A DNA stretch of 64,000 bases from a virus. Made by a program: the position numbers and the translations under genes. The DNA is taken from the IMG/VR virus record IMGVR_UViG_3300039159_000275, positions 4,389 to 68,388 of that record. The stretch is one strand, 5' to 3'. Positions 30,527-39,655 of the stretch are shown piece after piece (the first letter of the stretch is position 1; each line of letters starts with the position of its first letter). The notes below the pieces were generated by a model, which was not told where the DNA came from, did not search any database, and saw only the letters and a program-made list of their open reading frames with translations.

Positions 30527-31192
30527 ATGAAGCATTTATCAACATACCAAATTTTTGAAGCAAATGTAACTGATGATCCTATTGAAATCATTACAAAATT
30601 AAATAAGGATAAAAAAGTAAAATATACTTTAAACAAAGATAACAGTATTGATGTTGAAGGAAATGTTGATTTATCATATTTAAGTTTAACAGAAATGCCA
30701 GTTAAATTTGGTAAAGTAACAGGTAATTTTTATTGTGATAATAATAAATTAACATCTTTAGAACATGCTCCTATTACAGTATCAGGAGATTTTAGATGTT
30801 CTTATAATCAATTAACAACTTTAGAAGGTAGTCCAACAACTGTAACAGGAAATTTTAGATGTTTTGATAATAAATTAACATCTTTAAAAGGTTGTCCAAC
30901 TACTGTATCAGGAGATTTTGATTGTTTTGATAATAAATTAACTTCTTTAGAACATGGTCCAATTACAGTAAATGGAGATTTTTATTGTTATAGAAACAAT
31001 TTAACTTCATTAGAACATGGTCCAAAAACTGTATCAGGATGGTTTAGTTGTTCTAATAATAAATTTCCTGAAGATATACAGAAAAAGATTGATAATTTTA
31101 AAGGTACTTGGCAAGAATTAATGGTGTTAAATGTTATTTGGCAGTCTAAAAAACTAAATGACTTAAATAATAAAACTGGATTATTTAACTAA
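30527..31192 (+). CDS. LRR-like 21-aa repeat protein, copy B (5 repeats + cap)
   Basis: same N-cap, repeat unit and KTGLFN tail as copy A. Confidence 0.9.
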   Translation: MKHLSTYQIFEANVTDDPIEIITKLNKDKKVKYTLNKDNSIDVEGNVDLSYLSLTEMPVKFGKVTGNFYCDNNKLTSLEHAPITVSGDFRCSYNQLTTLEGSPTTVTGNFRCFDNKLTSLKGCPTTVSGDFDCFDNKLTSLEHGPITVNGDFYCYRNNLTSLEHGPKTVSGWFSCSNNKFPEDIQKKIDNFKGTWQELMVLNVIWQSKKLNDLNNKTGLFN

Positions 31193-31557
31193 GCAGTATT
31201 AAAGAAAATAGCTGGTTTGTTTTCTGCATCTGGATCATTACAATTTTCAAAATTTTCTCCTTCTTCTTTGCAAAATAAAGTTAATGATTTATAACCATCA
31301 ACAATATAAAACTCAATATCGAATTCATTTGGTTTTTTTATATCCTCAACAACTTTATGCGCTACAACAAGTGAACTACCACAAGCTCTAGATGAATAAT
31401 CTATTGAATGATCATTTACCATTTGTACATATATTTGATTCATCCATTTAACAATTTCATGCTCAGTCATTGGATTACCATCTTTAAAATCATAAGCACT
31501 TTTTTTATAAATGCCTATTTTTTGTAAGTGTCTTTTCTTAATCAGTACTTTTGACAT
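31189..31557 (-). CDS. hypothetical protein
   Basis: 122-aa ORF. Confidence 0.65.
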   Translation of the reverse strand: MSKVLIKKRHLQKIGIYKKSAYDFKDGNPMTEHEIVKWMNQIYVQMVNDHSIDYSSRACGSSLVVAHKVVEDIKKPNEFDIEFYIVDGYKSLTLFCKEEGENFENCNDPDAENKPAIFFNTA

Positions 31558-32224
31558 TTTTTTTCTTTTTATTACTATCTTTTTTGGCTAATAAATCTTC
31601 TAATTGCTTTCTAATTTGTGTTTGAATGATTTGTGGAGATGCTAATACTTCTTCAGTTATTTCAGAAATTAAATATTCCATAACGCCTTGATCAAAATTT
31701 TCATCCATCATTTTAATAAAATCAATGTTAGGTATTCTTTGAGTAAATTGAACATTTATTTTAATATCTTGATTTCTTTTCATTTTCTTAAAAAAATCAG
31801 AAGATGTTCCAGGTAAATGCTCTTCTTTTGAAGTTATCTTACCCGTTTTTTCATCTGTTTCAATAAAAATTCTTTTAACAGCTGGTTCTTCAACACGTGA
31901 ATCAACCATTGATTTTGTATCAACATGTTGAACTGGCGTTTTATTTAAATCAATATTTTCAGCTTCTTTTTTTAATTTTTCTAAAAGTTGATTATGACTA
32001 CTATTATCAAAAAAACTTATTGGATCAACTTCATCATTATTAAATAAAACTCTCTTTGCTTCATTATTTGAAGATGATACTTCAGTAAATAATTCAGTAA
32101 ACCTTTCTACTGGAACTCTGCCATCATCTTCGAAAATAACCAAATCGTTTCTGATTTCTTTCACAGTTTTAATTTCACCCTTCATTAAGTTATATTCAAA
32201 CTTTTTCCCTATGAGATTAGACAT
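31538..32224 (-). CDS. hypothetical protein
   Basis: 228-aa ORF. Confidence 0.75.
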   Translation of the reverse strand: MSNLIGKKFEYNLMKGEIKTVKEIRNDLVIFEDDGRVPVERFTELFTEVSSSNNEAKRVLFNNDEVDPISFFDNSSHNQLLEKLKKEAENIDLNKTPVQHVDTKSMVDSRVEEPAVKRIFIETDEKTGKITSKEEHLPGTSSDFFKKMKRNQDIKINVQFTQRIPNIDFIKMMDENFDQGVMEYLISEITEEVLASPQIIQTQIRKQLEDLLAKKDSNKKKKNVKSTD

Positions 32225-32275
32225 CGTTATTGGTATTTTTTTTATTTTATTAAGAAATATGAAAATGTTTTAAAT

Positions 32276-32310
32276 AAAAAAAGACGATTAGTTTCCCAAT
32301 CGTCTTTTTT
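32276..32310 (-). terminator. intrinsic (bidirectional) terminator after the SSB gene
   Basis: A7-GACGATT-loop-AATCGTC-T6. Confidence 0.8.
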
Positions 32311-32341
32311 AAGGCTACACCTTATTAAATAACTTTTTTAA

Positions 32342-33286
32342 TTAAAGATCATCAAAGAAATTATCAATCTGCTTTGTTGTTGCACTTGTTGCAGTTGTGT
32401 CAAAACTTGTGTTTGTTGCCTGCTTAGAAGTAACTGGTGATGATTGATCAGCCACTCTACTATTTGCAGAAGCAAATTCTGAATTAGTACCTAACAAATG
32501 AGAAACAATTCTGTTGACTTTAGATCTGTCTTCGACAGACCATTTTTTTGGAGCAAATTCTTCCAAATCATGATCTCTTTTTAACAAAATGTCTTTTACT
32601 TTATCACGTACTGCTGCTGCAATAACTTTTTTACCATTTGATTCTTCAACTGGCATAGTCTTCTTTTGACCTTCTTTTACAAATGTAATAGGACCTGCTG
32701 TTAAGAATCTTGATGAATCATAGTTATTATAACCACCAATTTTTTTAACTACCAATTTGAAATCTTTTCCTTCTGCTAAATCAAATACATTACAAGCTTC
32801 ACCATAAGTACCAGCTTTTTCTTCTTTGATTTTATCAGCAATTTTAAAACCATATTGGAAAATCAAAATTTTACCTTCCAATTCTGGATGTTGCTTATCT
32901 TCAACAATCAATACATAAGAATAATACTTAGTTTGACGAGAAATAATTTTTGCTTTCTCTTGATCAGTTACTGACCTAGAATTTTTTAATTTCCAAAAAG
33001 AATCATATAATGGGTTTGTATCACCAAATACTTTTTGACAATCATAAGTACCATTTAATTCTGGAAGTTCTTCTAACTTCACATAGTGTGTATGTTTCTC
33101 TAATGCGTTTTGTTCTACTACTTCTTTACGAGTAAAGTTTGGTAGAAAACGAATTGATGCTACATATCCAGTTTCTTTATCACCATCGTCAACATCTGGT
33201 CGATATAAACCGTCAGTGTTTCTTTTCTTTGCATCAAACACGCTCATTGTTTGATTGCTGTCTAAATTGAATAAATCATTTGCCAT
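32342..33286 (-). CDS. single-stranded DNA-binding protein, T4 gp32-like
   Basis: GYVASIRFLP, YYSYVLIVEDKQHPELEGKILIFQYGFKI, FDLAEGKDFKLVVKKIGGYNNYDSSRF, acidic IDNFFDDL tail. Confidence 0.9.
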   Translation of the reverse strand: MANDLFNLDSNQTMSVFDAKKRNTDGLYRPDVDDGDKETGYVASIRFLPNFTRKEVVEQNALEKHTHYVKLEELPELNGTYDCQKVFGDTNPLYDSFWKLKNSRSVTDQEKAKIISRQTKYYSYVLIVEDKQHPELEGKILIFQYGFKIADKIKEEKAGTYGEACNVFDLAEGKDFKLVVKKIGGYNNYDSSRFLTAGPITFVKEGQKKTMPVEESNGKKVIAAAVRDKVKDILLKRDHDLEEFAPKKWSVEDRSKVNRIVSHLLGTNSEFASANSRVADQSSPVTSKQATNTSFDTTATSATTKQIDNFFDDL

Positions 33287-33416
33287 ACATTTTTTAATTG
33301 AATTTATATAAACCTTTTTATTAGTTTTCTTTTATTAAGTAAAGTGGAGATAAGTTTAAAAATTTCTTAAATTTACTTTGGTGCTTTTAAGTTATAATTT
33401 TAAAATTTACAATGTT

Positions 33417-33728
33417 TTATAATTTTTCTCCTATCCATATTTTTTCTAATTCGTTTTTGAGAGCTATGCCAGGCCTTGAAACGTATAACAATTCTTCTGC
33501 TTTGTTTAAAAAGAAAAATCTGTCGATGTCTTTAGCTGCATAGCCATTTAATGCTATGATGAAGTTTAAAATTTTTGATGTGATTTGCATTCTTGTGTCA
33601 AACATTTCAAAATGAAAAATTTTACCATCTTTTGTTCTTACTTTTAAATGCGATGTTTTTTGTGATAGTTTCTCAGAAAGATACTGAGGAAGATCCGTAA
33701 TACGGACTGGGATGATAAATAATTTCAT
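33417..33728 (-). CDS. hypothetical protein
   Basis: 103-aa ORF. Confidence 0.6.
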   Translation of the reverse strand: MKLFIIPVRITDLPQYLSEKLSQKTSHLKVRTKDGKIFHFEMFDTRMQITSKILNFIIALNGYAAKDIDRFFFLNKAEELLYVSRPGIALKNELEKIWIGEKL

Positions 33729-33820
33729 AAATTGCCTTAAATTTTTTTATTTGCCTTAAATTGCTAATTCACCATTCTTTCAAATGATTAAATTATATAT
33801 GAATGTACTACTGCTCTGTC

Positions 33821-34228
33821 TTAAACATAAAACATTTTATTATCTACTGTTTTAAATGAAACATCGTTCATCATTTTTAAATCATTTAATTCAACAACAA
33901 GCATATATGAATTATCCTTTTTAGAACGGAAAATGTTATAATATTCTTTTTGAAGATTTTCCATTTTTTCAAAAATATTATTATAGATTTTTTCGTCTAT
34001 TAGAACATTAATTTGTTTTTTTGATTTTGTTTTTTTAAAAAAGATTTTATTTAATTTTTTTGTAAAATTTTCTAACACTGTTGCATTATCAATATGCGTA
34101 TAAGCATTCAATAATTCGCCCTCATGTTCGGGTTCAAAACTGACGGCAGATGTTAATAAGTAAGAAAATCTTCCAAATAAATCTTCATTTTTTAAATTTT
34201 TCTTTAAAGACATTGAAAGTCTAATCAT
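33821..34228 (-). CDS. hypothetical protein
   Basis: 135-aa ORF. Confidence 0.65.
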   Translation of the reverse strand: MIRLSMSLKKNLKNEDLFGRFSYLLTSAVSFEPEHEGELLNAYTHIDNATVLENFTKKLNKIFFKKTKSKKQINVLIDEKIYNNIFEKMENLQKEYYNIFRSKKDNSYMLVVELNDLKMMNDVSFKTVDNKMFYV

Positions 34229-34267
34229 AATCGTTTTATGACCAAAATGGTAAAAGTTTAAAACAGG

Positions 34268-34930
34268 TTAGTTAAATAATCCAGTTTTATTATTTAAGTC
34301 GTTTAGTTTTTTAGACTGCCAAATAACATTTAACGCCATTAATTCTTGCCAAGTACCTTTAAAATTATCAATCTTTTTCTGTATATCTTCAGGAAATTCA
34401 TTATTAGCAAAATTAAAATCTCCTGTTACAGTAGTTGGACCACCTTTTAAAGATGTTAATTTATTATCAGCACATCTAAAATTTCCTAATACAGTAATTG
34501 GAGCATTTTCTAAAGATGTTAATTGATTATAAGAACAATCAAAATATCCCGTTACTATTGTTGGACAATGTTCTAAAGATGTTAATTTATTACAAAAACA
34601 AATAAAATTTCTTTTTACTGTAATAGGACTATTTTCTAAAGATGTTAATTTATTATTAAAACATTCAAAATCTCCATTAATTTTACCAAATTTAACTGGC
34701 ATTTTTTTTAACCTTAAAGATGATATGTCAACATCTCCTTCAACATCAATACTGTTATCTTTGTTTAAAGTATATTTTACTTTTTTATACCTATTCAATT
34801 TTGTAATAATTGCAATAGGATCAATAGGATCAATTACATTTGCTTCAAAAATTTGGTATGTTTTTAAATAATTCATAGGATCAATTACATTTGCTTTTTC
34901 AAAAATTTGATATGTTGATAAATGCTTCAT
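34268..34930 (-). CDS. LRR-like 21-aa repeat protein, copy B' (4 repeats + cap, duplicated N-terminal tag)
   Basis: last 129 nt differ from copy B at 2 positions; TYQIFE..ANVIDP occurs twice. Confidence 0.9.
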   Translation of the reverse strand: MKHLSTYQIFEKANVIDPMNYLKTYQIFEANVIDPIDPIAIITKLNRYKKVKYTLNKDNSIDVEGDVDISSLRLKKMPVKFGKINGDFECFNNKLTSLENSPITVKRNFICFCNKLTSLEHCPTIVTGYFDCSYNQLTSLENAPITVLGNFRCADNKLTSLKGGPTTVTGDFNFANNEFPEDIQKKIDNFKGTWQELMALNVIWQSKKLNDLNNKTGLFN

Positions 34931-34931
34931 T

Positions 34932-35474
34932 TTAGTTAAATAATCCAGTTTTTTTATCTAAATCGGTTAGTTTTTTAGATTGCCAAATATTCATTAAAAA
35001 TAACAATTCTTGCCAAGTACCTTCAAAATTATCAATCTTTTTTTGAATCTTTTCAGGAAATTTATTATTAAAACAATAAAAATTTCCTAATACAGTTGGA
35101 CCATGTTCTAAAGATGTTAAAAGATTATTAGAACAATAAAAATCTCCTGATATAGTAATTGGACCATGTTCTAAAGATGTTAATTCATTACTAGAACAAT
35201 AAAAATCTCCTACTATAGTAGTTGGACAATGTTTTAATGATGTTAAGTCATTATCAGAACAATTAAAATTACCTGTTACTTTACCAAATTTAACTGGCAT
35301 TTCTTTTAAATTTAAAGATGATATGTCAACATTTCCTTCAACATCAATACTGTTATCTGTGTTTAAAGTATATTTTGCTGATTTATTTTTATTTAATTTT
35401 TTAATAATTACAATAGGATCATTGTAATTTGTTACACCTGCTTCAAAGATTTGATATGTTGATAAATGCCTCAT
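34932..35474 (-). CDS. LRR-like 21-aa repeat protein, copy A' (3 repeats + cap)
   Basis: last 129 nt differ from copy A at 2 positions. Confidence 0.9.
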   Translation of the reverse strand: MRHLSTYQIFEAGVTNYNDPIVIIKKLNKNKSAKYTLNTDNSIDVEGNVDISSLNLKEMPVKFGKVTGNFNCSDNDLTSLKHCPTTIVGDFYCSSNELTSLEHGPITISGDFYCSNNLLTSLEHGPTVLGNFYCFNNKFPEKIQKKIDNFEGTWQELLFLMNIWQSKKLTDLDKKTGLFN

Positions 35475-35495
35475 TATCTATATATATATTGTATT

Positions 35496-35870
35496 ATGAT
35501 TTTAACTAAACATTCACAGAAACAATTAGACATTTTTAAAAAAGAATTAAAGAAAAGAGATATCGAAATTGATCTTTATAAATGTGATATTAAAGATTCC
35601 TTTCAGGAAATGGTAGATGTCAAAAATTATTTAACCATTATGCATAATGATTCTAAGATACCAATTCAGGATAGAACTAAACTATTTTTAGAAAAATTAA
35701 AAGAATTAGAAAATATAGGTGAAAAACATGATTTAATTGTTAAAAAAATTCATGAACTTAAAGGTAAAATAGATCGAGATATTGACATTTTAATTAGTAA
35801 TATTAAAACACATGTAAATCTACCCGATTCAGAAATTAAGAATTATATCATTAAATTTATCGAAAGTTAA
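35496..35870 (+). CDS. hypothetical coiled-coil protein
   Basis: probable ATG at 35496 after a TATATATATA tract shared with the divergent LRR gene. Confidence 0.65.
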   Translation: MILTKHSQKQLDIFKKELKKRDIEIDLYKCDIKDSFQEMVDVKNYLTIMHNDSKIPIQDRTKLFLEKLKELENIGEKHDLIVKKIHELKGKIDRDIDILISNIKTHVNLPDSEIKNYIIKFIES

Positions 35871-35890
35871 TAAATTGATATATAACTGAG

Positions 35891-37549
35891 ATGAGAACTT
35901 CAAAATTTGTTAATTTAGATCCTAATGTTCTTTTAGAATGGATATATGACGATGATAATTTTTTAGCTGAAGATTACAATATTGTTATTAATACTTTACA
36001 AGAAACACGTGCCTTTGTAAATGCTGAAACAACAAACACTTTACCAAGTAGTACAAATAATTTTGCTAAAACGAATTTGTTTGAACTTGATATTGTTAAC
36101 AAAAAATGGGCGCAAGTTGATACTGTGTCTTATCCATTTTTACAGTTAATTAATTATCCGGGTAACATTCCTTATCGATATGATATTGTTAAACTACATT
36201 TTCCTATAAATTACACATTTGCAGATAAAGTTGGTTTTCTTTTAAATGTAAACGTTTTAGATAGAACTGGTAAAGTTTATTTAAATCTTTCTAATTTCTT
36301 TTTTGATAAAACTGATAGTTCACGATCTTTAGAATATACAGCACCTCCATTTCTTTATAATGAAAAATTGTGGGGTAAATTTTTAGAAATATCAGTACCA
36401 GCTTCAGTAGCATTATCAAATGATGTTAGTATTTCTAACATTAATTCTGCTCCAATTCCAACATTAGGTGGAATAAATTCAAACTTAGCAGGCGCAGCCG
36501 GTTTAGGTGTTGGACCAAATTCACCAATTTTCATTGATTTTTCTTTCTTAACTAAAAAAGAAACACTTATTGGTAAAATTAGTTATACTGTTCAAGATCC
36601 ATTTGGTGTAACTATTCCTCAGATACCGGAATTTCAAACATTAGCAGTTCAAATTTTAAAGGCAACAGATGGTGATTGGTTTGAAATATCAGCAATTTAT
36701 GATAGCACTGTTTCTGGTTTTAACACTTTTATAGAACAACAAGCGTTAAATGGCAATGATCAATATTGTATTTATACTGTAGCTGTTTATGAAAAGAATT
36801 TGTTAACTGATACTATTCAATATATTGTTCAAGATAATTTTGATGATCCAATTCGTTTTAGACCTATTATAACTTTTTCAACTACAACAGCAGTTATTGA
36901 TATTGAATTAAAATTAATTTCAACTTCTTCTGGTAATTTTATTACACGAAATACTAATTACGTGATGGTTCAGGATGAAGTTGCAAAATATGGTAGAAAT
37001 TTAACAAAGATAAATATATCAAACGCATTTAAACCAAAAATTTATCAATCTTCTCCTGATAAAGTTAATGTTACAACAATATCAAACGGTGCAACTGTAT
37101 CAACAGTAGAAGTTCCTTTTCCTGTAATGTTTGAACGATTTAATATTGTAGCAAAAAATGTTTCAGAGCAAATAAACGATGAAACATTTTATGGCATTGG
37201 TCAATTGCAGATTCTTTTATATCCTGCTGCTGATAATGTTGTTAAATTAACTATTGCTGCAAAAATAACAGATTCTGGATATACGCCTTTTATTATTGCC
37301 ACTGGTACTCGTACTGTTATGATTTTTAAATCAGACACATTAGCAGTTGAAGCTGAACTGTATGTTGAATCTGGTCAAGTTGATTATGCTAATGGTGTTG
37401 TAATTTTTAGAATACTTGAATCACAAATTGCTAATATTAGAACAATTTTTAGAAGCGGATTTGATCAATTTTATATTGTAATGAAACCTAACACTGGAGT
37501 AAATACAATGATTTACTCAGGACGTTTTTTAATCTTTTCAGAATTTTAA
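35891..37549 (+). CDS. putative virion structural protein
   Basis: 552 aa, beta-strand-like composition; ATATATA 7 nt upstream; no family recognised. Confidence 0.5.
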   Translation: MRTSKFVNLDPNVLLEWIYDDDNFLAEDYNIVINTLQETRAFVNAETTNTLPSSTNNFAKTNLFELDIVNKKWAQVDTVSYPFLQLINYPGNIPYRYDIVKLHFPINYTFADKVGFLLNVNVLDRTGKVYLNLSNFFFDKTDSSRSLEYTAPPFLYNEKLWGKFLEISVPASVALSNDVSISNINSAPIPTLGGINSNLAGAAGLGVGPNSPIFIDFSFLTKKETLIGKISYTVQDPFGVTIPQIPEFQTLAVQILKATDGDWFEISAIYDSTVSGFNTFIEQQALNGNDQYCIYTVAVYEKNLLTDTIQYIVQDNFDDPIRFRPIITFSTTTAVIDIELKLISTSSGNFITRNTNYVMVQDEVAKYGRNLTKINISNAFKPKIYQSSPDKVNVTTISNGATVSTVEVPFPVMFERFNIVAKNVSEQINDETFYGIGQLQILLYPAADNVVKLTIAAKITDSGYTPFIIATGTRTVMIFKSDTLAVEAELYVESGQVDYANGVVIFRILESQIANIRTIFRSGFDQFYIVMKPNTGVNTMIYSGRFLIFSEF

Positions 37550-38001
37550 TCGTATAAAAACAATTTAGCATTGTTTTGATTGAAACCAGCTGTTTCATCA
37601 ATATTACATATACCAATTATATCGTCTTTCATAATATTATACTTATGAGCTTTTCCTTCGTTATTACCAACAAAAAATTTATAATCACTTACTCTAGTAT
37701 GATCGACAAAATAAAAATGTTCTATATCTATTTTTTCTTTTATAACACCTTTACCAAATAACAATGGAAAATGATATTCTCTACTAAAATCGTATGGACG
37801 ATGTTCTGGATTAGCAATATCATTTTCTAATCTTGAATAATCATAAATAATGCTTTTACTAACAATATTTTTATATTTATAGTATAAATAATAATTCGTC
37901 TCAGCTTGCATAAATTTATCATATGCTTCTTCAAGCCTTTTTTCTTCATCAGTTCTTTTTTTAATAGACTGAAGTTTTGATATAATTGAACCAACTGACA
38001 T
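37546..38001 (-). CDS. hypothetical protein
   Basis: 151-aa ORF. Confidence 0.65.
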   Translation of the reverse strand: MSVGSIISKLQSIKKRTDEEKRLEEAYDKFMQAETNYYLYYKYKNIVSKSIIYDYSRLENDIANPEHRPYDFSREYHFPLLFGKGVIKEKIDIEHFYFVDHTRVSDYKFFVGNNEGKAHKYNIMKDDIIGICNIDETAGFNQNNAKLFLYD

Positions 38002-38009
38002 TTTTTATC

Positions 38010-38042
38010 AAAAAAAAGACGATTGTTTTTTAACAACCGTCC
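38010..38042 (-). terminator. putative terminator downstream of the tRNA
   Basis: imperfect hairpin (GACG.TTGTT / AACAA.CGTC) followed by T8 on the minus strand. Confidence 0.6.
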
Positions 38043-38080
38043 TTAAACCTAAACCACATTTTCCATAAGTACAACAATTG

Positions 38081-38167
38081 TCGGGAGGGAAAGGATTCGA
38101 ACCTCCTAAGCCCCTAAAGGCAACCCTCTTACGAAGGGCCGTGACTCTACAACTTCACCGCCTCCCG
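38081..38167 (-). tRNA. atypical tRNA-Tyr(GTA)-like gene with long variable arm
   Basis: CGGGAGG/CCTCCCG acceptor stem, GTGA/TCAC D-stem, GCCCT/AGGGT stem with loop TC-GTA-AG, GGTTCGAATCC T-arm; several non-canonical positions. Confidence 0.75.
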
Positions 38168-38232
38168 ATATTTTTTAACTTTTTTAAAATCAAATCTTCG
38201 TTTGATTTGATAATGCTAATTTAGAAATAATT

Positions 38233-38583
38233 TTAAATACAAAAAATAATTTTAACTTTTTTCAAAAAATATTTACAATTGTTTTCATTTTCTGCCATTT
38301 TGTTGATTGCACCAATACCACCTGCTTTATTTATAAAACGTATCAATTGTCTAATTTGAATAACTGCTTCTTCATAACTAATTGATATTAAATCATTTTC
38401 TCTAATAGTATCTTCTAAAGTTTGTGTTCTTTTTGTTTGAAAACTGTAAGCAATTCCATAGTTATGTATTTGATCAAGATATTTTGTATTATGTGAAAAT
38501 AAAACAAATTTATCTTTTTCTAGGTTATATGGCACTTTAAAATCTAAATGTGGACACTTCCAAGAAAATAAGCGATATTCCAT
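38233..38583 (-). CDS. hypothetical protein
   Basis: 116-aa ORF. Confidence 0.6.
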   Translation of the reverse strand: MEYRLFSWKCPHLDFKVPYNLEKDKFVLFSHNTKYLDQIHNYGIAYSFQTKRTQTLEDTIRENDLISISYEEAVIQIRQLIRFINKAGGIGAINKMAENENNCKYFLKKVKIIFCI

Positions 38584-38601
38584 ATTTGAATATATACAAA
38601 T

Positions 38602-39186
38602 ATGGCGATAGGTTTAAATCCACAGAAAAATCAGTTTGTTTATCAACTGCCTACAGACTTTGTTCCAGCTGACATTGAAGCAAAGTATAAGGACTTTATT
38701 GTCCGAAATCAATCTATTTATAATAGTGTACTTGATTATTTAAATGGAGCTATTTTAGGTGTTGATATTCCAGCAATGACTTTTCCAACTGCTGAACAAA
38801 ATGCTAGATATGGCAAGAAAATTACTTTCAGAGGTGGTACTGCACCATATGATACTTTTTCAAGAGATTTTAAAATACGTTTTAAAGCAATTGATAATTT
38901 CATGAATTACTTTATCTTGCAAGATATTATGATGTATCATTATATTAATATTAACGCTATATTTATTAATCCTTTTATGATTGAAATTTTGGATAAAAAT
39001 AGAGATGTACAATTTAGATATGTTTTAAGAGAAGTAACAGTTACTGGTTTAGTTGGAAAAGATTTAGGTTATGAAAAAACAGACCAAGAGTTTGATAGCT
39101 TTGATTTATCATTTGTAGTTAACTTTGTTGATTGGGAATATGTTGCTAACAAGAAAGAACCTCTGTTAATAAAAGTACCTTTATAA
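38602..39186 (+). CDS. putative tail-tube-fold structural protein
   Basis: 194 aa; GVDIPAMTF...FKIRF...IEILD...FDLSF pattern recalls T4 gp19/gp3/gp54-type folds; AATATATA upstream. Confidence 0.5.
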   Translation: MAIGLNPQKNQFVYQLPTDFVPADIEAKYKDFIVRNQSIYNSVLDYLNGAILGVDIPAMTFPTAEQNARYGKKITFRGGTAPYDTFSRDFKIRFKAIDNFMNYFILQDIMMYHYININAIFINPFMIEILDKNRDVQFRYVLREVTVTGLVGKDLGYEKTDQEFDSFDLSFVVNFVDWEYVANKKEPLLIKVPL

Positions 39187-39189
39187 AAG

Positions 39190-39567
39190 ATGAATTCAAA
39201 AGATCCATTTCAAAACTTAATAGCTTTGTTTCATTTATTCAATGGCTTACCAGAACTTTTAGCTCAAAAGTTAATACAATTTAGTGCATTGCATCCAGAT
39301 TTTTTACAAAAAGTAATTGAAAATCAACATTTGACAGCATATGCAAATGATCCAAATAAACCATATTTTAATTCATTAAAAGATGTGCATACATTTTATG
39401 ATAAATTTTTTACATCTGATAATATAAAACAACTTCCAATGGCTAATGATCCTATCGAAATTTTACACGTGCAATTAAAGAAATTTGTTGATGATGAACG
39501 TTACGAGTTGGCCGAAATGGTAAAAAAATATATGCAATTAATAAATGTCGATATAAAATATTTTTAA
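39190..39567 (+). CDS. hypothetical protein with a C-terminal UVR (UvrB/C-like) coiled-coil motif
   Basis: QLKKFVDDERYELAEMVKK. Confidence 0.55.
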   Translation: MNSKDPFQNLIALFHLFNGLPELLAQKLIQFSALHPDFLQKVIENQHLTAYANDPNKPYFNSLKDVHTFYDKFFTSDNIKQLPMANDPIEILHVQLKKFVDDERYELAEMVKKYMQLINVDIKYF

Positions 39568-39655
39568 AAAATATTTTTAAAACTATTTACACGTCATGTA
39601 TATATTGTATCATTAACTTAATTATTTTTGTTTAACCCTTTAAAAATTTAAAAAC

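Noticed and set aside
29543-35474. Diversity-generating retroelement acting on the LRR-like genes
   Set aside because: No reverse transcriptase or non-coding template repeat in the window, and differences between repeats are not confined to adenines.
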